A stretch of DNA of 64,000 nucleotides. It comes from Planctomycetota bacterium (GTDB taxonomy: Bacteria; Planctomycetota; SZUA-567; H5-PLA8). The stretch spans positions 1 to 64,000 of the forward strand of contig JBBRPR010000048.1 of NCBI GenBank assembly GCA_038227875.1, given 5' to 3'. The notes beneath the pieces were generated by a model. It did not search any database, was not told the origin of the DNA, and saw nothing but the letters and a program-made list of their open reading frames with translations. Both the position numbers and the translations under genes were made by a program. Shown here piece by piece: positions 18,614 to 28,577 of this stretch. The first letter of the stretch is position 1. Each line of letters starts with the position of its first letter.

Positions 18614-21600
18614 ATGACCTGCGTCAACGTTCTCAAGTCTGTGTTGCTGGCCTGCGCGATCGTCGTTGCGCCGAACCTCTTCAGCGCCGAATACGTCTGG
18701 ATCGAAGGCGAAGCGCCGACGGCGTCGAGCGTCAAGGTCGAACCGAGCGCCTGCGAGAACGCGCAGTACCTCTCCGGAGGCAAGTGGCTCTCGTATGCGG
18801 TGCCGCCGACGGAATCCGAAGCGAAAGTGCCGAAGGATGGCGCGACGTTCGATTACGAATTTCAAATCGCCACGCCCGGTACGTACCAGGTCTGGGACCG
18901 CATCGGTTTCGAATCGATCCGCACCGCGTTTCAGTGGCGCATCGACGAAGCGGCCGCGTGGAACGACATCAAGGGGGATGAACTCACGACGGACCTGATG
19001 CGCGGCGGATTCTTCTGCGAGATCTCGTGGCTGAAACTGGGGCAGGCGGAACTCACGGCCGGCAAGCACACGCTGCACTTCAAAGTCTCCGTGACGTACA
19101 AGACCGAGAAGGACGTCAAGAAGCCCAATGGCGTCAACTTCACCGCCGATGCGTTCGCGCTGACCCTGGGCGACTTCCATCCGCACAGCAAATTCAAGCC
19201 CGACGAAGCGTGGCAGACGGAGAACGACAAGAAGGCCGCCGCGCAGATTTTCAACGTCGCCGCGCCGAAAAATCCCGGTGAGCGCGTCAATCTGTCGCTC
19301 AGCGGATTGTGGGAGATCACGCGCTTCGACGAAGGCGCGATCGACGACCGCACCGGACCGATCAAAGCTCCGCCGAAAGCCGAAGACTGCATCTGGATGG
19401 GCATCGACGTGCCCTCCGACCGCAACACCGCGCGACCGGACTTGGTGATGTGTCACCGTTACTTCTACCGCTGCAAGCTGAACGTGCCGGCCGAACTGAA
19501 AGGCAGCTCCTTCTGCCTGCATCTGCCGCTGACGAGCATGATCACGACGGTCTTCGTCAACGGCGAACTCTGCGGTTCAACCCACGCCGCGCTGGCGTAC
19601 TGGGAATGCGATATCTCGAAAGCGATCAAGCCCGGCGCTGCGAACGAAATCTGGGTCGGCATCAAGGACACGTACTACGCAAAGATCGAAAACACACGCA
19701 GCACGTTTCACGTCCCGACGGAACACTGGGTCGCGCAATGGACGACGGAGCACTTCGACTTCCCCATCGCCGGGCATCTCCAGAACGGCATCCTGCTGGA
19801 ACCGACGCTCACCGTCAGCGGCGGCGTCTATGCGGCCGATGTCTTCGCGATGTCTTCCGTGAAGAACAAGACGCTGACGCTGGAAACCACGCTGCGCAAC
19901 ACGACCGGCGAAGACGCGGCGTTAACACTCAACTACGAAATCGTGCCACTGGCTGGCGGCGCTCCGGAAAAGACGTTCGCGCCGGTCCAGGCCACGGTGC
20001 CAGCAGGCAAGGAACTGGTCATCAAGCCCAACGAGAAATGGGAGAACCCGAAACTCTGGTGGCCCGACGCGCCAAACCAGTACCTCGCCGTGACGAAAGT
20101 CTCGCTCAACGGCAAGATCGTCGACACGACGCAGATCAAGTTTGGGTTCCGCGAGTGGGAATGGGAAGGCATCGACTTCAAACTCAACGGCGTCCCCTGG
20201 CACGGCCGCGCCGACACCACCGGCGGCTCGATCGCTTCGCTCAAAGCTCACAGCCAGAACATGGTCCGCCTCTGGGGCAGCCCGCTGAACGTGACCGAAA
20301 AAGTGCTCGATGAACACGACGCCGAAGGCATGCCCGCGCGCTGGACGGGAACCTTCGACGGCGAGGGCGGTGCGTACGGACAGTTCTACGGCGGTCAGCC
20401 GCTCTTCGAACGGTACATCGATCAGACCGCGGCGTGGATCAAGGCGCACCGCAACCACCCGTCCATTTTCATCTGGTCGATCGAGAACGAAATCACCTTC
20501 ATCAACGCGCGCAACTGGGGCAAGCTGCCGATCTGGGAACCGTGGGCGAAAAAGTGCTGGGAGACCGTGCGCGTGATCGATCCGACGCGGCCGGTCATGG
20601 TCGATGGCGGCCGCGCGCTGATGGATAACTCGCTGCCTGTCTACGGCGGCCACTACGAAGAAGGCGACGGCCGCACCTATCCCGATGAGAGCTACACGTT
20701 GACGCATCTGATGAACGATCACGGTTGGGCGCAGCCCTGGCCCATCGACCGCAACAAGCCGATTTTCATGGGCGAAAGCTTCTACGTCCGCGGCTATCCG
20801 CCGGCGTACTTCGCGATGTTCGGCGGCGAGAAGGCGTTCCTCGGGCGCAGCGAATCGGCCGACGGCGCGGGGCTGATGCTGAAGATGCTCAGCGAAGGCT
20901 ACCGCTGGAACAACATCACCTACCACTTTTGGGCCGGCGGCAAGGACCTGAGCGACTACTACAATTGCTGGAAGGACGTCGCGATTCTGAGCCGCGAATG
21001 GAACTGGTCGTTCGGCAGCGGCACGACCGTGGCGCGCACGCTCAAAGTCTTCAACGACACGCACACCGCCGAACCCATCGACGCCGCGTGGCAATTGAAG
21101 GTGAAAGACCAGGTCGTCCAGGACGGCAAGCGCGCCTTCAACACCGCGCCGGGCATGGCCGAACAGTTCGAGATCTCGTTCAAGGTTCCGGAAGTCCAGG
21201 AACGCACGCCGGCGGAATTCATTCTCACCTGTTCGCGCGGCGGCAAGGAAGTCTTCCGCGATGTGAAACCCGTCGCGATCATCGCTCAAAACGGCGCGGC
21301 CAAGCCCACGATCAAAACCGAGGAACTGCTGGTGCTCGATCCGAACGGCTCAGTCAAAGCGCGCCTGAAAGAACGCGGCGTCGCCTTCACCGACGTGGCG
21401 AAGTTCGACGACCTACCCGCCGCCGCCAAAGTTGTGATCATCGGCAAGGATGCGCTCGATGCGCGGCAGTCGACCGATCCGAAGTTTCAGGCGCTCGCGG
21501 CTAACGGCGCGCGCGTGCTGATTCTCGATCAGGCCAACCCGCTCCATTATCTGGCCGTGCCCGCGGATCTCGAACCGGCCGGCGTCACGGGGCGCATCGC

Positions 21601-23623
21601 TTTCATCGAAAACCTGCAGAACCCCTGCTTCGCGGGACTCGACCAGCAGGATTTCTTCACCTGGTCGAAGGACCACGTCGTCTACCGCAACGCCTATCGT
21701 AAGGCGCTGCGCGGCGCGACGTCGCTGGTGCAGTGCGATGAGGAGCTCAACTGCACCGCGCTCACGACCTGCGCCGTCAACGACGGCCTGATTGTGCTCT
21801 GCCAACTCGTCGTCGGCGAGAAACTCGCCACCGATCCCGTGGCGCAGCGGCTCTTTGACAACATGCTCAACTACGTCGCCGCCTACGCGCCTATCCGCAA
21901 ACACACCGCTGTGGCGATGGCCGCCGACCGGCCCGAATACAAGATGCTTGTCAACTCCGGCCTGCAATTCGATCCCGCCACCAGCGCGCTCGACGCACTC
22001 ACCGACGGCAAGCACGAAATCGTCGTCGCTCAAGCGACGCCGGAAACGCTCCACGCTCTCGCCGGCGCGCTCGACAAGGTCAAGACCTTCACCAACGCCG
22101 GCGGCACGCTGATGCTCTGGGGACTCGACGAGAAAGGCCTGGCCGACTTCAACACGATTGTCGGCGTACCGCACATGATCCGGCAATTCGAAATGGAACG
22201 CGTCACGCTGCCCGCGCAGCGCGATCCGATTCTCTCCGGCCTGACCTCGCGCGACATCGTGATGGACTCCGCGCAGGCGCAGAACCAATGGGCCGGCGAC
22301 CGCTTCGCCGCCAATGACGTCTACTCGAGCATCGTCGATGTCGAAGACGTCGCGCCGTTCGCCACGATTCCCGGACCCGAGTACTGGGGTTTCCCCGGCG
22401 CGACGCCCGGCTTCGATCACTACCCGCGCAACATGTTCAACGGGTTCACGTCCGCCGATTCGTGGAAGTACAGCTTCACGATCGTCACCACCAAAACACC
22501 GACCGCGACCAAGTGGCCGCTGACGTTTCCGCAGGAACAGGAGTTCACCGATCTGGAAATCCTCTTCGCGCCGATCTTCTCGCCCGTGGGGAAACTCAAC
22601 TTGTACTTCGACGCCGACCCCACGCCCGTCACGCTCGAGATCAAGGGCGATTGGAAAGCGCTGCAGCGCCTTCCGCTTCCCGCGCCGCGCAAAGCCAAAG
22701 TTCTCACGCTGGAGCTGGCCGATTTCGAAAAGAAACCGCAGGGCGATACGCTGGTGGGCATCGACAATATGCGCCTGTTCGTCAAGCGTCCCGCCGACAT
22801 CGGCGAACGGGTGCGCCCTTTGCTGAACATCGGCGGACTGGTGAAATACCGCATGGGCCAGGGCTGTATTCTGCTGAACAATCTCCGCGCCACCGACAAA
22901 GAAGCCGTGCCGGTCAACGCGCAGAAAAAGCAGAACATCGTGTCGACGCTGCTGCGGAATTTGAACGCGACCTTCGCGGGTTCCAAGACCGTCGTCGCCG
23001 GAGCCGGCATGGCGTACACGCCCGTGGCGCTTGACGAGAAGTGCAACATGTTCCTGACCCACGACAAAGGATGGTTCGACGCGCGCGACTTTTCGCTGCT
23101 GCCCAAAGGCGAACAGAAGTTCACCGGCGTGACCTACCTGATCCGCGATTTCAAGACGTCGCCGCTGCCGTCGTGCATCATGCTCGCCAGCGAAGGCAAC
23201 AAGGTCAACCTGCCGAAGGAAGTGAAAGGCATCAAGGTCAACGCGAAAGCCGACGCGCTGTTCTTCCTCCACACCGCCTTCTACCAGCACGAATGGAACA
23301 AGCCCAAGCAGGGAGACCAGACGCCGCCGGTGATCTTCAAGTACGTTGTCCACTTCGCCGACGGCAGCGCCGCGGATGTGCCGATCCGCTTCAAGACCGG
23401 CGTGGGCCCGTGGGCCGTCGAGAACCCCGCCGGCCTGAAAGAAGCCGCCGTCGCCTGGGCCGCGCCGTTCGCGACCGGAAAAGAGCAGGCCGTGGCGTAT
23501 CAGTTCCAGTGGGACAACCCGAAACCCGAAGCCGTCATCACGGAAGTCGACATGGTCTACACCGGCCAATACTTCGCCGCGCCGGTACTGCTGGGCCTGA
23601 CCGCCGGAACCGCGGCGAAGTAA
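18614..23623 (+). CDS. Large secreted glycoside hydrolase family 2-like protein
   Basis: Sugar-binding domain TVFVNG..G; PKLWWPDAPNQY..KFGFRE; HRNHPSIFIWSIENE acid/base motif; KPIFMGE nucleophile region; RBS AGGAG; strong GC3 codon bias. Confidence 0.85.
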   Translation: MTCVNVLKSVLLACAIVVAPNLFSAEYVWIEGEAPTASSVKVEPSACENAQYLSGGKWLSYAVPPTESEAKVPKDGATFDYEFQIATPGTYQVWDRIGFESIRTAFQWRIDEAAAWNDIKGDELTTDLMRGGFFCEISWLKLGQAELTAGKHTLHFKVSVTYKTEKDVKKPNGVNFTADAFALTLGDFHPHSKFKPDEAWQTENDKKAAAQIFNVAAPKNPGERVNLSLSGLWEITRFDEGAIDDRTGPIKAPPKAEDCIWMGIDVPSDRNTARPDLVMCHRYFYRCKLNVPAELKGSSFCLHLPLTSMITTVFVNGELCGSTHAALAYWECDISKAIKPGAANEIWVGIKDTYYAKIENTRSTFHVPTEHWVAQWTTEHFDFPIAGHLQNGILLEPTLTVSGGVYAADVFAMSSVKNKTLTLETTLRNTTGEDAALTLNYEIVPLAGGAPEKTFAPVQATVPAGKELVIKPNEKWENPKLWWPDAPNQYLAVTKVSLNGKIVDTTQIKFGFREWEWEGIDFKLNGVPWHGRADTTGGSIASLKAHSQNMVRLWGSPLNVTEKVLDEHDAEGMPARWTGTFDGEGGAYGQFYGGQPLFERYIDQTAAWIKAHRNHPSIFIWSIENEITFINARNWGKLPIWEPWAKKCWETVRVIDPTRPVMVDGGRALMDNSLPVYGGHYEEGDGRTYPDESYTLTHLMNDHGWAQPWPIDRNKPIFMGESFYVRGYPPAYFAMFGGEKAFLGRSESADGAGLMLKMLSEGYRWNNITYHFWAGGKDLSDYYNCWKDVAILSREWNWSFGSGTTVARTLKVFNDTHTAEPIDAAWQLKVKDQVVQDGKRAFNTAPGMAEQFEISFKVPEVQERTPAEFILTCSRGGKEVFRDVKPVAIIAQNGAAKPTIKTEELLVLDPNGSVKARLKERGVAFTDVAKFDDLPAAAKVVIIGKDALDARQSTDPKFQALAANGARVLILDQANPLHYLAVPADLEPAGVTGRIAFIENLQNPCFAGLDQQDFFTWSKDHVVYRNAYRKALRGATSLVQCDEELNCTALTTCAVNDGLIVLCQLVVGEKLATDPVAQRLFDNMLNYVAAYAPIRKHTAVAMAADRPEYKMLVNSGLQFDPATSALDALTDGKHEIVVAQATPETLHALAGALDKVKTFTNAGGTLMLWGLDEKGLADFNTIVGVPHMIRQFEMERVTLPAQRDPILSGLTSRDIVMDSAQAQNQWAGDRFAANDVYSSIVDVEDVAPFATIPGPEYWGFPGATPGFDHYPRNMFNGFTSADSWKYSFTIVTTKTPTATKWPLTFPQEQEFTDLEILFAPIFSPVGKLNLYFDADPTPVTLEIKGDWKALQRLPLPAPRKAKVLTLELADFEKKPQGDTLVGIDNMRLFVKRPADIGERVRPLLNIGGLVKYRMGQGCILLNNLRATDKEAVPVNAQKKQNIVSTLLRNLNATFAGSKTVVAGAGMAYTPVALDEKCNMFLTHDKGWFDARDFSLLPKGEQKFTGVTYLIRDFKTSPLPSCIMLASEGNKVNLPKEVKGIKVNAKADALFFLHTAFYQHEWNKPKQGDQTPPVIFKYVVHFADGSAADVPIRFKTGVGPWAVENPAGLKEAAVAWAAPFATGKEQAVAYQFQWDNPKPEAVITEVDMVYTGQYFAAPVLLGLTAGTAAK

Positions 23624-23677
23624 GGAACGAGCCGATGAAAGGAAAGGAAAGGAAAGGAGCCGAAGCGCGGTGTTTAC

Positions 23678-23705
23678 TTGACAAGCGCCGCGCGCTGACG
23701 ACACT
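23678..23705 (+). promoter_or_regulatory. Putative sigma-70 promoter of tRNA-Ala
   Basis: Perfect TTGACA at 23678; weak -10 (GACACT) 16 nt downstream. Confidence 0.5.
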
Positions 23706-23726
23706 GTTAGAACCTTGCCCGTCCGT

Positions 23727-23802
23727 GGGGGATTAGCTCAGCTGGGAGAGCGTCAGGCTGGCAGTCTGAAGGTCACCGGTTCGATCCCGGTATCCTCCAC
23801 CA
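23727..23802 (+). tRNA. tRNA-Ala (GGC)
   Basis: 76-nt cloverleaf: GGGGGAT/ATCCTCC acceptor stem with G3:U70, anticodon arm TCAGG-CTGGCAG-TCTGA, GGTTCGATCC T-loop, encoded CCA. Confidence 0.98.
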
Positions 23803-24081
23803 AAATTTTAAACCACCACTGATTGGACACCGTTCCAATCCTCCCATGCTAAGAATCAGAGTTCGATCCAAGGCCGATTTTCCGGACGCGCTGTATCGTT
23901 TTAAAATACTGTGTATTGAAAGCGGATTGTGGAGGGAATGGCGTAAAACGCAATTCTACACAAAGCCCAGCCAAATCCGACGGATGGGCAGATTCTACTG
24001 AGCACTGCGAACGCCGCAGTGACATCCTGGTTCGTTCGCATTCACAGTCTTCGGACTGATGAAGGAAAATTCAGCGACCGC

Positions 24082-24402
24082 TCAGGATTTCACCTGAGTC
24101 GGCACCTCAGTAATGTTGGAGTGTACGGCGAGTTTGCGCATCAGGCGCGATTTGAAAATACTGATCTTGCGGTAGCGGCTAAAGAGCCACAGGCTGGGGA
24201 TGTACACGATACAAAATGCAGCCCACGCGGGCAGCGCGGTTCGTTCGATCCCGTGCGCCGTAACGATCAGCAGCGTGATGACCAGTAGTGAGCGCAGAAG
24301 CGGGCGACCTTCCTGTTCTCCGTATTTATTAACTATTCGCGTCAGAAATTTCTTTTCGCGTTCTGAAAATTCCACGGCTGGAGTCTGTGCTGGTTGATCC
24401 AT
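24082..24402 (-). CDS. Small hypothetical membrane protein (2 TM)
   Basis: 106-aa ORF with two hydrophobic stretches; no family recognised. Confidence 0.5.
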   Translation of the reverse strand: MDQPAQTPAVEFSEREKKFLTRIVNKYGEQEGRPLLRSLLVITLLIVTAHGIERTALPAWAAFCIVYIPSLWLFSRYRKISIFKSRLMRKLAVHSNITEVPTQVKS

Positions 24403-24816
24403 TTTGTACCTGCTTTCGTCGGATGCGCACGCTTCGCGCTGAACTATTGATACTTTATCCGACAACCAAACGCCTTCGCAAGCGTTTTGAAAAATCCATC
24501 ACTGCGTGTCCAAAAAATTAAATCCAACGTGTCTCATCAGAGAGGAGTCAATGGATTTAGCCAAACAAGATGTGCTCAATTCCGACAATTAGTATCGCTT
24601 TCCCATTTATGGTTCTGCTCCGCGACTCGTGTTTCTGACGCGACATTCCCAGAACTGCGTTGTCTCACATCAATTCCAACGTCCACGCCAGTCGTCGTAT
24701 TTCGAATGCGCATTGAGGTTTGTGTGCGCGCATTGAGGTTGCGCTAGCAGGGCATCGGTTTTGCGCTTGGACGGTTGCGGCACCTCGTAGCAGAGCCGAG
24801 TAAGGGAGTCTCAACA

Positions 24817-25458
24817 ATGCTTCAGCTTCCGGGCAGACCCAAGCTCTTACTTCCCGTTGTTGTGGTGCTTTCCCTTGGCGTCTTGATCCTGGCGCGATCT
24901 GAAGAAGACCAGCCTAAACCCCGCGAATCGCCCCCAGTCGAAACCAAACCCGCAGAACCAAAGCCTGAAGCCAAGGCGCCTGTCAGTGCGCCCAAGGCGC
25001 CCGTTGCGGAAACCGCAGCCGCCGAAGAATCACCCGGCGAAACTCTGGCCGTAGCCCCTCCTCCCTTTACTCCCGGCATCTTTCCCTGTTCCGGCTGCCA
25101 TGAAGAATTGACCCCCAATCCAACGCAGCGGCAACTCAAGAAACGGCACAAGGAAATCGTTCTCAAGCACGACGAAGGAAACCGCTGGTGTCTCGATTGT
25201 CACACGCTCGGCAACATCGACAAATTGCATCTGGCCAGCGGCAAGACCGTGGAATTTACGGAGTCGTACAAACTTTGCGGCCAATGCCACGGCCCCACTC
25301 TGCGCGATTGGAAAGCGGGAGAGCATGGCAAACGAACCGGCTCCTGGGACGGTCAGAAACAATATTACCTCTGCGCCAGCTGCCACAATCCGCACGCACC
25401 CAAATTCGCACCGCTGAAACCGCTACCACCGCCCGTTCGGCCGAGGGACATTCGATGA
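24817..25458 (+). CDS. Membrane-anchored tetraheme c-type cytochrome
   Basis: CSGCH, CLDCH, CGQCH, CASCH; N-terminal hydrophobic segment; RBS AAGGGAG. Confidence 0.92.
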   Translation: MLQLPGRPKLLLPVVVVLSLGVLILARSEEDQPKPRESPPVETKPAEPKPEAKAPVSAPKAPVAETAAAEESPGETLAVAPPPFTPGIFPCSGCHEELTPNPTQRQLKKRHKEIVLKHDEGNRWCLDCHTLGNIDKLHLASGKTVEFTESYKLCGQCHGPTLRDWKAGEHGKRTGSWDGQKQYYLCASCHNPHAPKFAPLKPLPPPVRPRDIR

Positions 25459-26489
25459 GCATCCAGGAAGAAAGCGGCCACACCGGCGGCACGTGCGGCG
25501 AAGGGTCTTGTCAAAGCGGCTCGTGTCAAAGCGGTTCCTGCCAGAGCGGCCACTGCCCTACCGACGCCCCCAAGGAATTGGGCGTCGAGCAGGAACCCGA
25601 ATCCCCCGAACGCCGCGCGTGGTTGAAGAGCATGACGGCGGTGGCGGCTGGGCTTCTTGCGGCGTCGACCAGCGGCTGCAACGAGAGCGACATGGAGAAA
25701 CTGCTCCGCACCAATTTCAAGGAACTCTCCAAGCCTGAATTACAGCAACTCCTCGCGATACTCGAAAAGGAATACAGCGAGCAATACGGCAAGCCGGTTT
25801 CTGTGAAGGCCACGCCCGCACGCGAAGGCGTCACTTTTGCGTACGCATTGGATATCTCGCGTTGCATCGGTTGCCGCCGCTGCGTCTATGCCTGCGTTCA
25901 GGAGAACAACCAGTCACGCAATCCGCAGATTCACTGGATCACGGTCCTTGAAATGGACAAGGAGAAGGGTGTCAACCTGGAGGAATCGGATGCCTTTTAC
26001 GATGGGGACACCGTTCCGCGTCCGGGAAAGTTCTACATGCCTGTCGCCTGTCAACAGTGCCGCAACCCGCCCTGCGTCAAAGTCTGTCCGGCTCATGCCA
26101 CCTGGCAGGATCAGGACGGCATCGTGGTGATTGACTACGATTGGTGCATCGGCTGCCGCTGCTGCATGTCAGCCTGCCCCTATGGTGCACGCCATTTCAA
26201 CTGGACCGAGCCCAACGTTCCTGCGGACGAACTGAACACGAATACGGAATACCTCGGCAATCGCCCGCGGCCCAAGGGCGTCGTCGAAAAGTGTACGTTC
26301 TGCGTCCAGCGCACACGCCAGGGTCTCTACCCCAAATGCGTGGAAGTCTGCCCCGTCGGCGCGCGCAAGTTCGGCAATCTGCTCGATCCCAAGAGCGAGA
26401 TTCGCTACATCCTGGAACACAAACGCGTCTTCATTCTGAAGGAAGAACTCAAGACCATGCCCAAGTTTTTCTACTACTACGGCCTGTAA
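25455..26489 (+). CDS. NrfC/DsrO-like 4Fe-4S protein with Tat-type signal
   Basis: CIGCRRCVYAC, CQQCRNPPCVKVCP, CIGCRCCMSACPY, EKCTFC..CVEVCP; ERRAWLK twin-arginine motif; ATGA coupling. Confidence 0.93.
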   Translation: MSIQEESGHTGGTCGEGSCQSGSCQSGSCQSGHCPTDAPKELGVEQEPESPERRAWLKSMTAVAAGLLAASTSGCNESDMEKLLRTNFKELSKPELQQLLAILEKEYSEQYGKPVSVKATPAREGVTFAYALDISRCIGCRRCVYACVQENNQSRNPQIHWITVLEMDKEKGVNLEESDAFYDGDTVPRPGKFYMPVACQQCRNPPCVKVCPAHATWQDQDGIVVIDYDWCIGCRCCMSACPYGARHFNWTEPNVPADELNTNTEYLGNRPRPKGVVEKCTFCVQRTRQGLYPKCVEVCPVGARKFGNLLDPKSEIRYILEHKRVFILKEELKTMPKFFYYYGL

Positions 26490-26538
26490 TGCGGCCCGTT
26501 GGAGCAGTCGAAGAACAGCTACTTGATGGAGAACGCGC

Positions 26539-27798
26539 ATGACAGGACCGCTTAAATTTGTCTTCTCAAGCATCCGCACAATTTTGCGCGGCAGCTCGTT
26601 CTACTACTGCTGGGTTGCGGTGCTGGTGCTGCTGATTGCACAGGGTTTGTTCGCGTACAACGACCAGTTCCATCGCGGACTGATTGTGACTCACATGCGC
26701 GATTCGGTCTCGTGGGGCTTTTACATCGGCAACTTCACCTTCCTGGTGGGAGTTGCCGCGGCAGCCATCATGCTGGTGATTCCCGCGTACATCTACGATT
26801 GGAAACCCATCAAGGAAGTGGTGATCTTCGGCGAGCTCCTGGCCATTGCCGCGATCATCATGTGCCTGCTCTTTGTCGCCGTCGACATGGGACATCCGGA
26901 GCGCTTCTGGCACATCATGCCGATCATCGGCAGCGTCAACTTTCCTTCATCGCTACTGGCGTGGGACGCGCTGGTACTCAACGCCTATCTCATGCTCAAT
27001 TTGTTCATCGCCACGTACTTGATTTACTGCGCCTACTGCGGCCGCAAATACAACACGCAGATCGTTGTGCCGCTGGTGCTGTTCTCCATTCCCATGGCCA
27101 TCAGCATTCACACCGTGACCGCGTTCCTGTACAACGGCATGGCCAGCCGTCCCTACTGGAATTCCGCGATTCTCGCGCCGCGCTTTCTCGCTTCGGCCTT
27201 CTGTTCCGGCCCTGCCATTCTGTTGATCCTCTTTCAGGTCGTGCGCAAGGTTACGACGTTTGAAATCAAGGACGAGGTCCTGCACAAAATCGCGGAGCTG
27301 ATGTCCTACGCCATGGGCATCAATCTGTTCCTGGCCGGAGCTGAGATCTTCAAGGAATACTATTCCAACACGCAGCACCTCGTTCACATCCAGTACCTTT
27401 ACAGCGGACTGCGCGGGGAGACCAGTCCCATCGCGATCTACGGCTGGAGTTCCCTGATCCTGGGCTTCATGGCGTTCCTGTTGTTCCTTCTGCCGATCAC
27501 GCGCCGCAATATTGTCACGATGAATGTCGGGTGCGTCATGATCTACGCGTCCGTTTACATTGAGAAGGGCATCGCGCTGATCATCCCCGGTTACACGCCG
27601 GACACGCTGGGCCAGGTTTACGAGTACACGCCGAGCATGACGGAGGTGCGAATTTCCGCGGCCATCTTCGGCATCGGATTTCTGATCTTCACGTTCCTGG
27701 TCAAAGTCGCGGTAGCCGCGCTCTTCGAACTTCACAAAAAGGACGTGCATGCCGATGAGCCAGCCGTTGTATTGGAAACGCCTGCGACGGTTTCGTAG
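26539..27798 (+). CDS. NrfD/DsrP-family integral membrane quinol oxidoreductase subunit
   Basis: VSWGFYIGNFTFLVGVAAAA, DMGHPERFWH, SIHTVTAFL, LAPRFLASAF; about 10 TM helices. Confidence 0.93.
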   Translation: MTGPLKFVFSSIRTILRGSSFYYCWVAVLVLLIAQGLFAYNDQFHRGLIVTHMRDSVSWGFYIGNFTFLVGVAAAAIMLVIPAYIYDWKPIKEVVIFGELLAIAAIIMCLLFVAVDMGHPERFWHIMPIIGSVNFPSSLLAWDALVLNAYLMLNLFIATYLIYCAYCGRKYNTQIVVPLVLFSIPMAISIHTVTAFLYNGMASRPYWNSAILAPRFLASAFCSGPAILLILFQVVRKVTTFEIKDEVLHKIAELMSYAMGINLFLAGAEIFKEYYSNTQHLVHIQYLYSGLRGETSPIAIYGWSSLILGFMAFLLFLLPITRRNIVTMNVGCVMIYASVYIEKGIALIIPGYTPDTLGQVYEYTPSMTEVRISAAIFGIGFLIFTFLVKVAVAALFELHKKDVHADEPAVVLETPATVS

Positions 27799-28014
27799 CT
27801 GAAAGGCGTAGTTGGATCTAACCAGTGGGGCAATTGGCCCGTTGATTAGTATTCATCGCTCGTCGCCCATCCGGAGGAAGATCAAACCATCGCCCTCTGG
27901 TACAGCGCGGCAACGACTGTGCTACGTCCAGCGAGGCGAGTTAGCCCAACTTCAGTCGGCCTTTGTAGCGTTTCTATTTGATAGTCTCGTCAGTCGGATG
28001 TCGAACATGGTTCC

Positions 28015-28398
28015 TTGAACGCTGAACGAAACTCAACTACAAGTTGCGCTGTGGCGAACCATGCGAAGAGACCAATCGTCGGAGATACCGTCGCTTTTTT
28101 CTGGATAGTGGTGGCGCTGTATCTCTCCATCAAGCACATCGGACCATACTTGTTGCTGATATGGCATTACGGTTGGACTAAGGTCAGGGCAGAGAATCTT
28201 AGTATCAGAATTATGCCGAAACCTGGGCCTTGGATTGTATCCAATGGTGACCGCCTGGATGCCGGATTTGATTCGTGGCTGTCTACCATGTTGTCTTGGA
28301 TGATTCTCGTAATTGGCGGTCTATATTTGTTTGGGTTGATATCCAGTTTGCTAACAAAAAAGCGGCGCGAAGTTCAGGACAGAAATGACTCAAATTAG
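28015..28398 (+). CDS. Hypothetical membrane protein (AT-richer)
   Basis: 127-aa ORF with two hydrophobic segments; start uncertain. Confidence 0.45.
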   Translation: MNAERNSTTSCAVANHAKRPIVGDTVAFFWIVVALYLSIKHIGPYLLLIWHYGWTKVRAENLSIRIMPKPGPWIVSNGDRLDAGFDSWLSTMLSWMILVIGGLYLFGLISSLLTKKRREVQDRNDSN

Positions 28399-28577
28399 CA
28401 TGCGCAGTTATCAGCCTGATTCTGCGCGACCCGTCGCAGTCGAAGCCCCCATGCTGGGAAGTCGTAAATAATTATTTCGAAAGAATCTCACTGTTACTGT
28501 TCTCATCGAGCGTAAATGCCTAAAGGGTAGTCGTCGAATCAGGGGGATAGCCCGGGCCGCACTCGCCCCGCCCTCAC

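Noticed and set aside
18599..23704. Long antisense ORFs (307, 455, 763 aa) over the GH2-like gene, and similar ones over icd and the ArnT gene
   Set aside because: Shadow frames expected from high GC3 codon bias opposite well-supported genes.
23803..24800. Integrative element at tRNA-Ala
   Set aside because: AT-richer DNA follows the tRNA, but I found no integrase and no duplicated tRNA 3' end in the window.
24817..27798. Calling the triad dsrJOP or nrfBCD
   Set aside because: No dsrMK/dsrAB or nrfA nearby, and the cytochrome has four hemes; only family-level calls are justified.
27835..27946. Possible integron attC (ATCTAAC..GTTAGCC)
   Set aside because: The ends are not fully complementary, I see no internal dyad symmetry, and there is no integron integrase.
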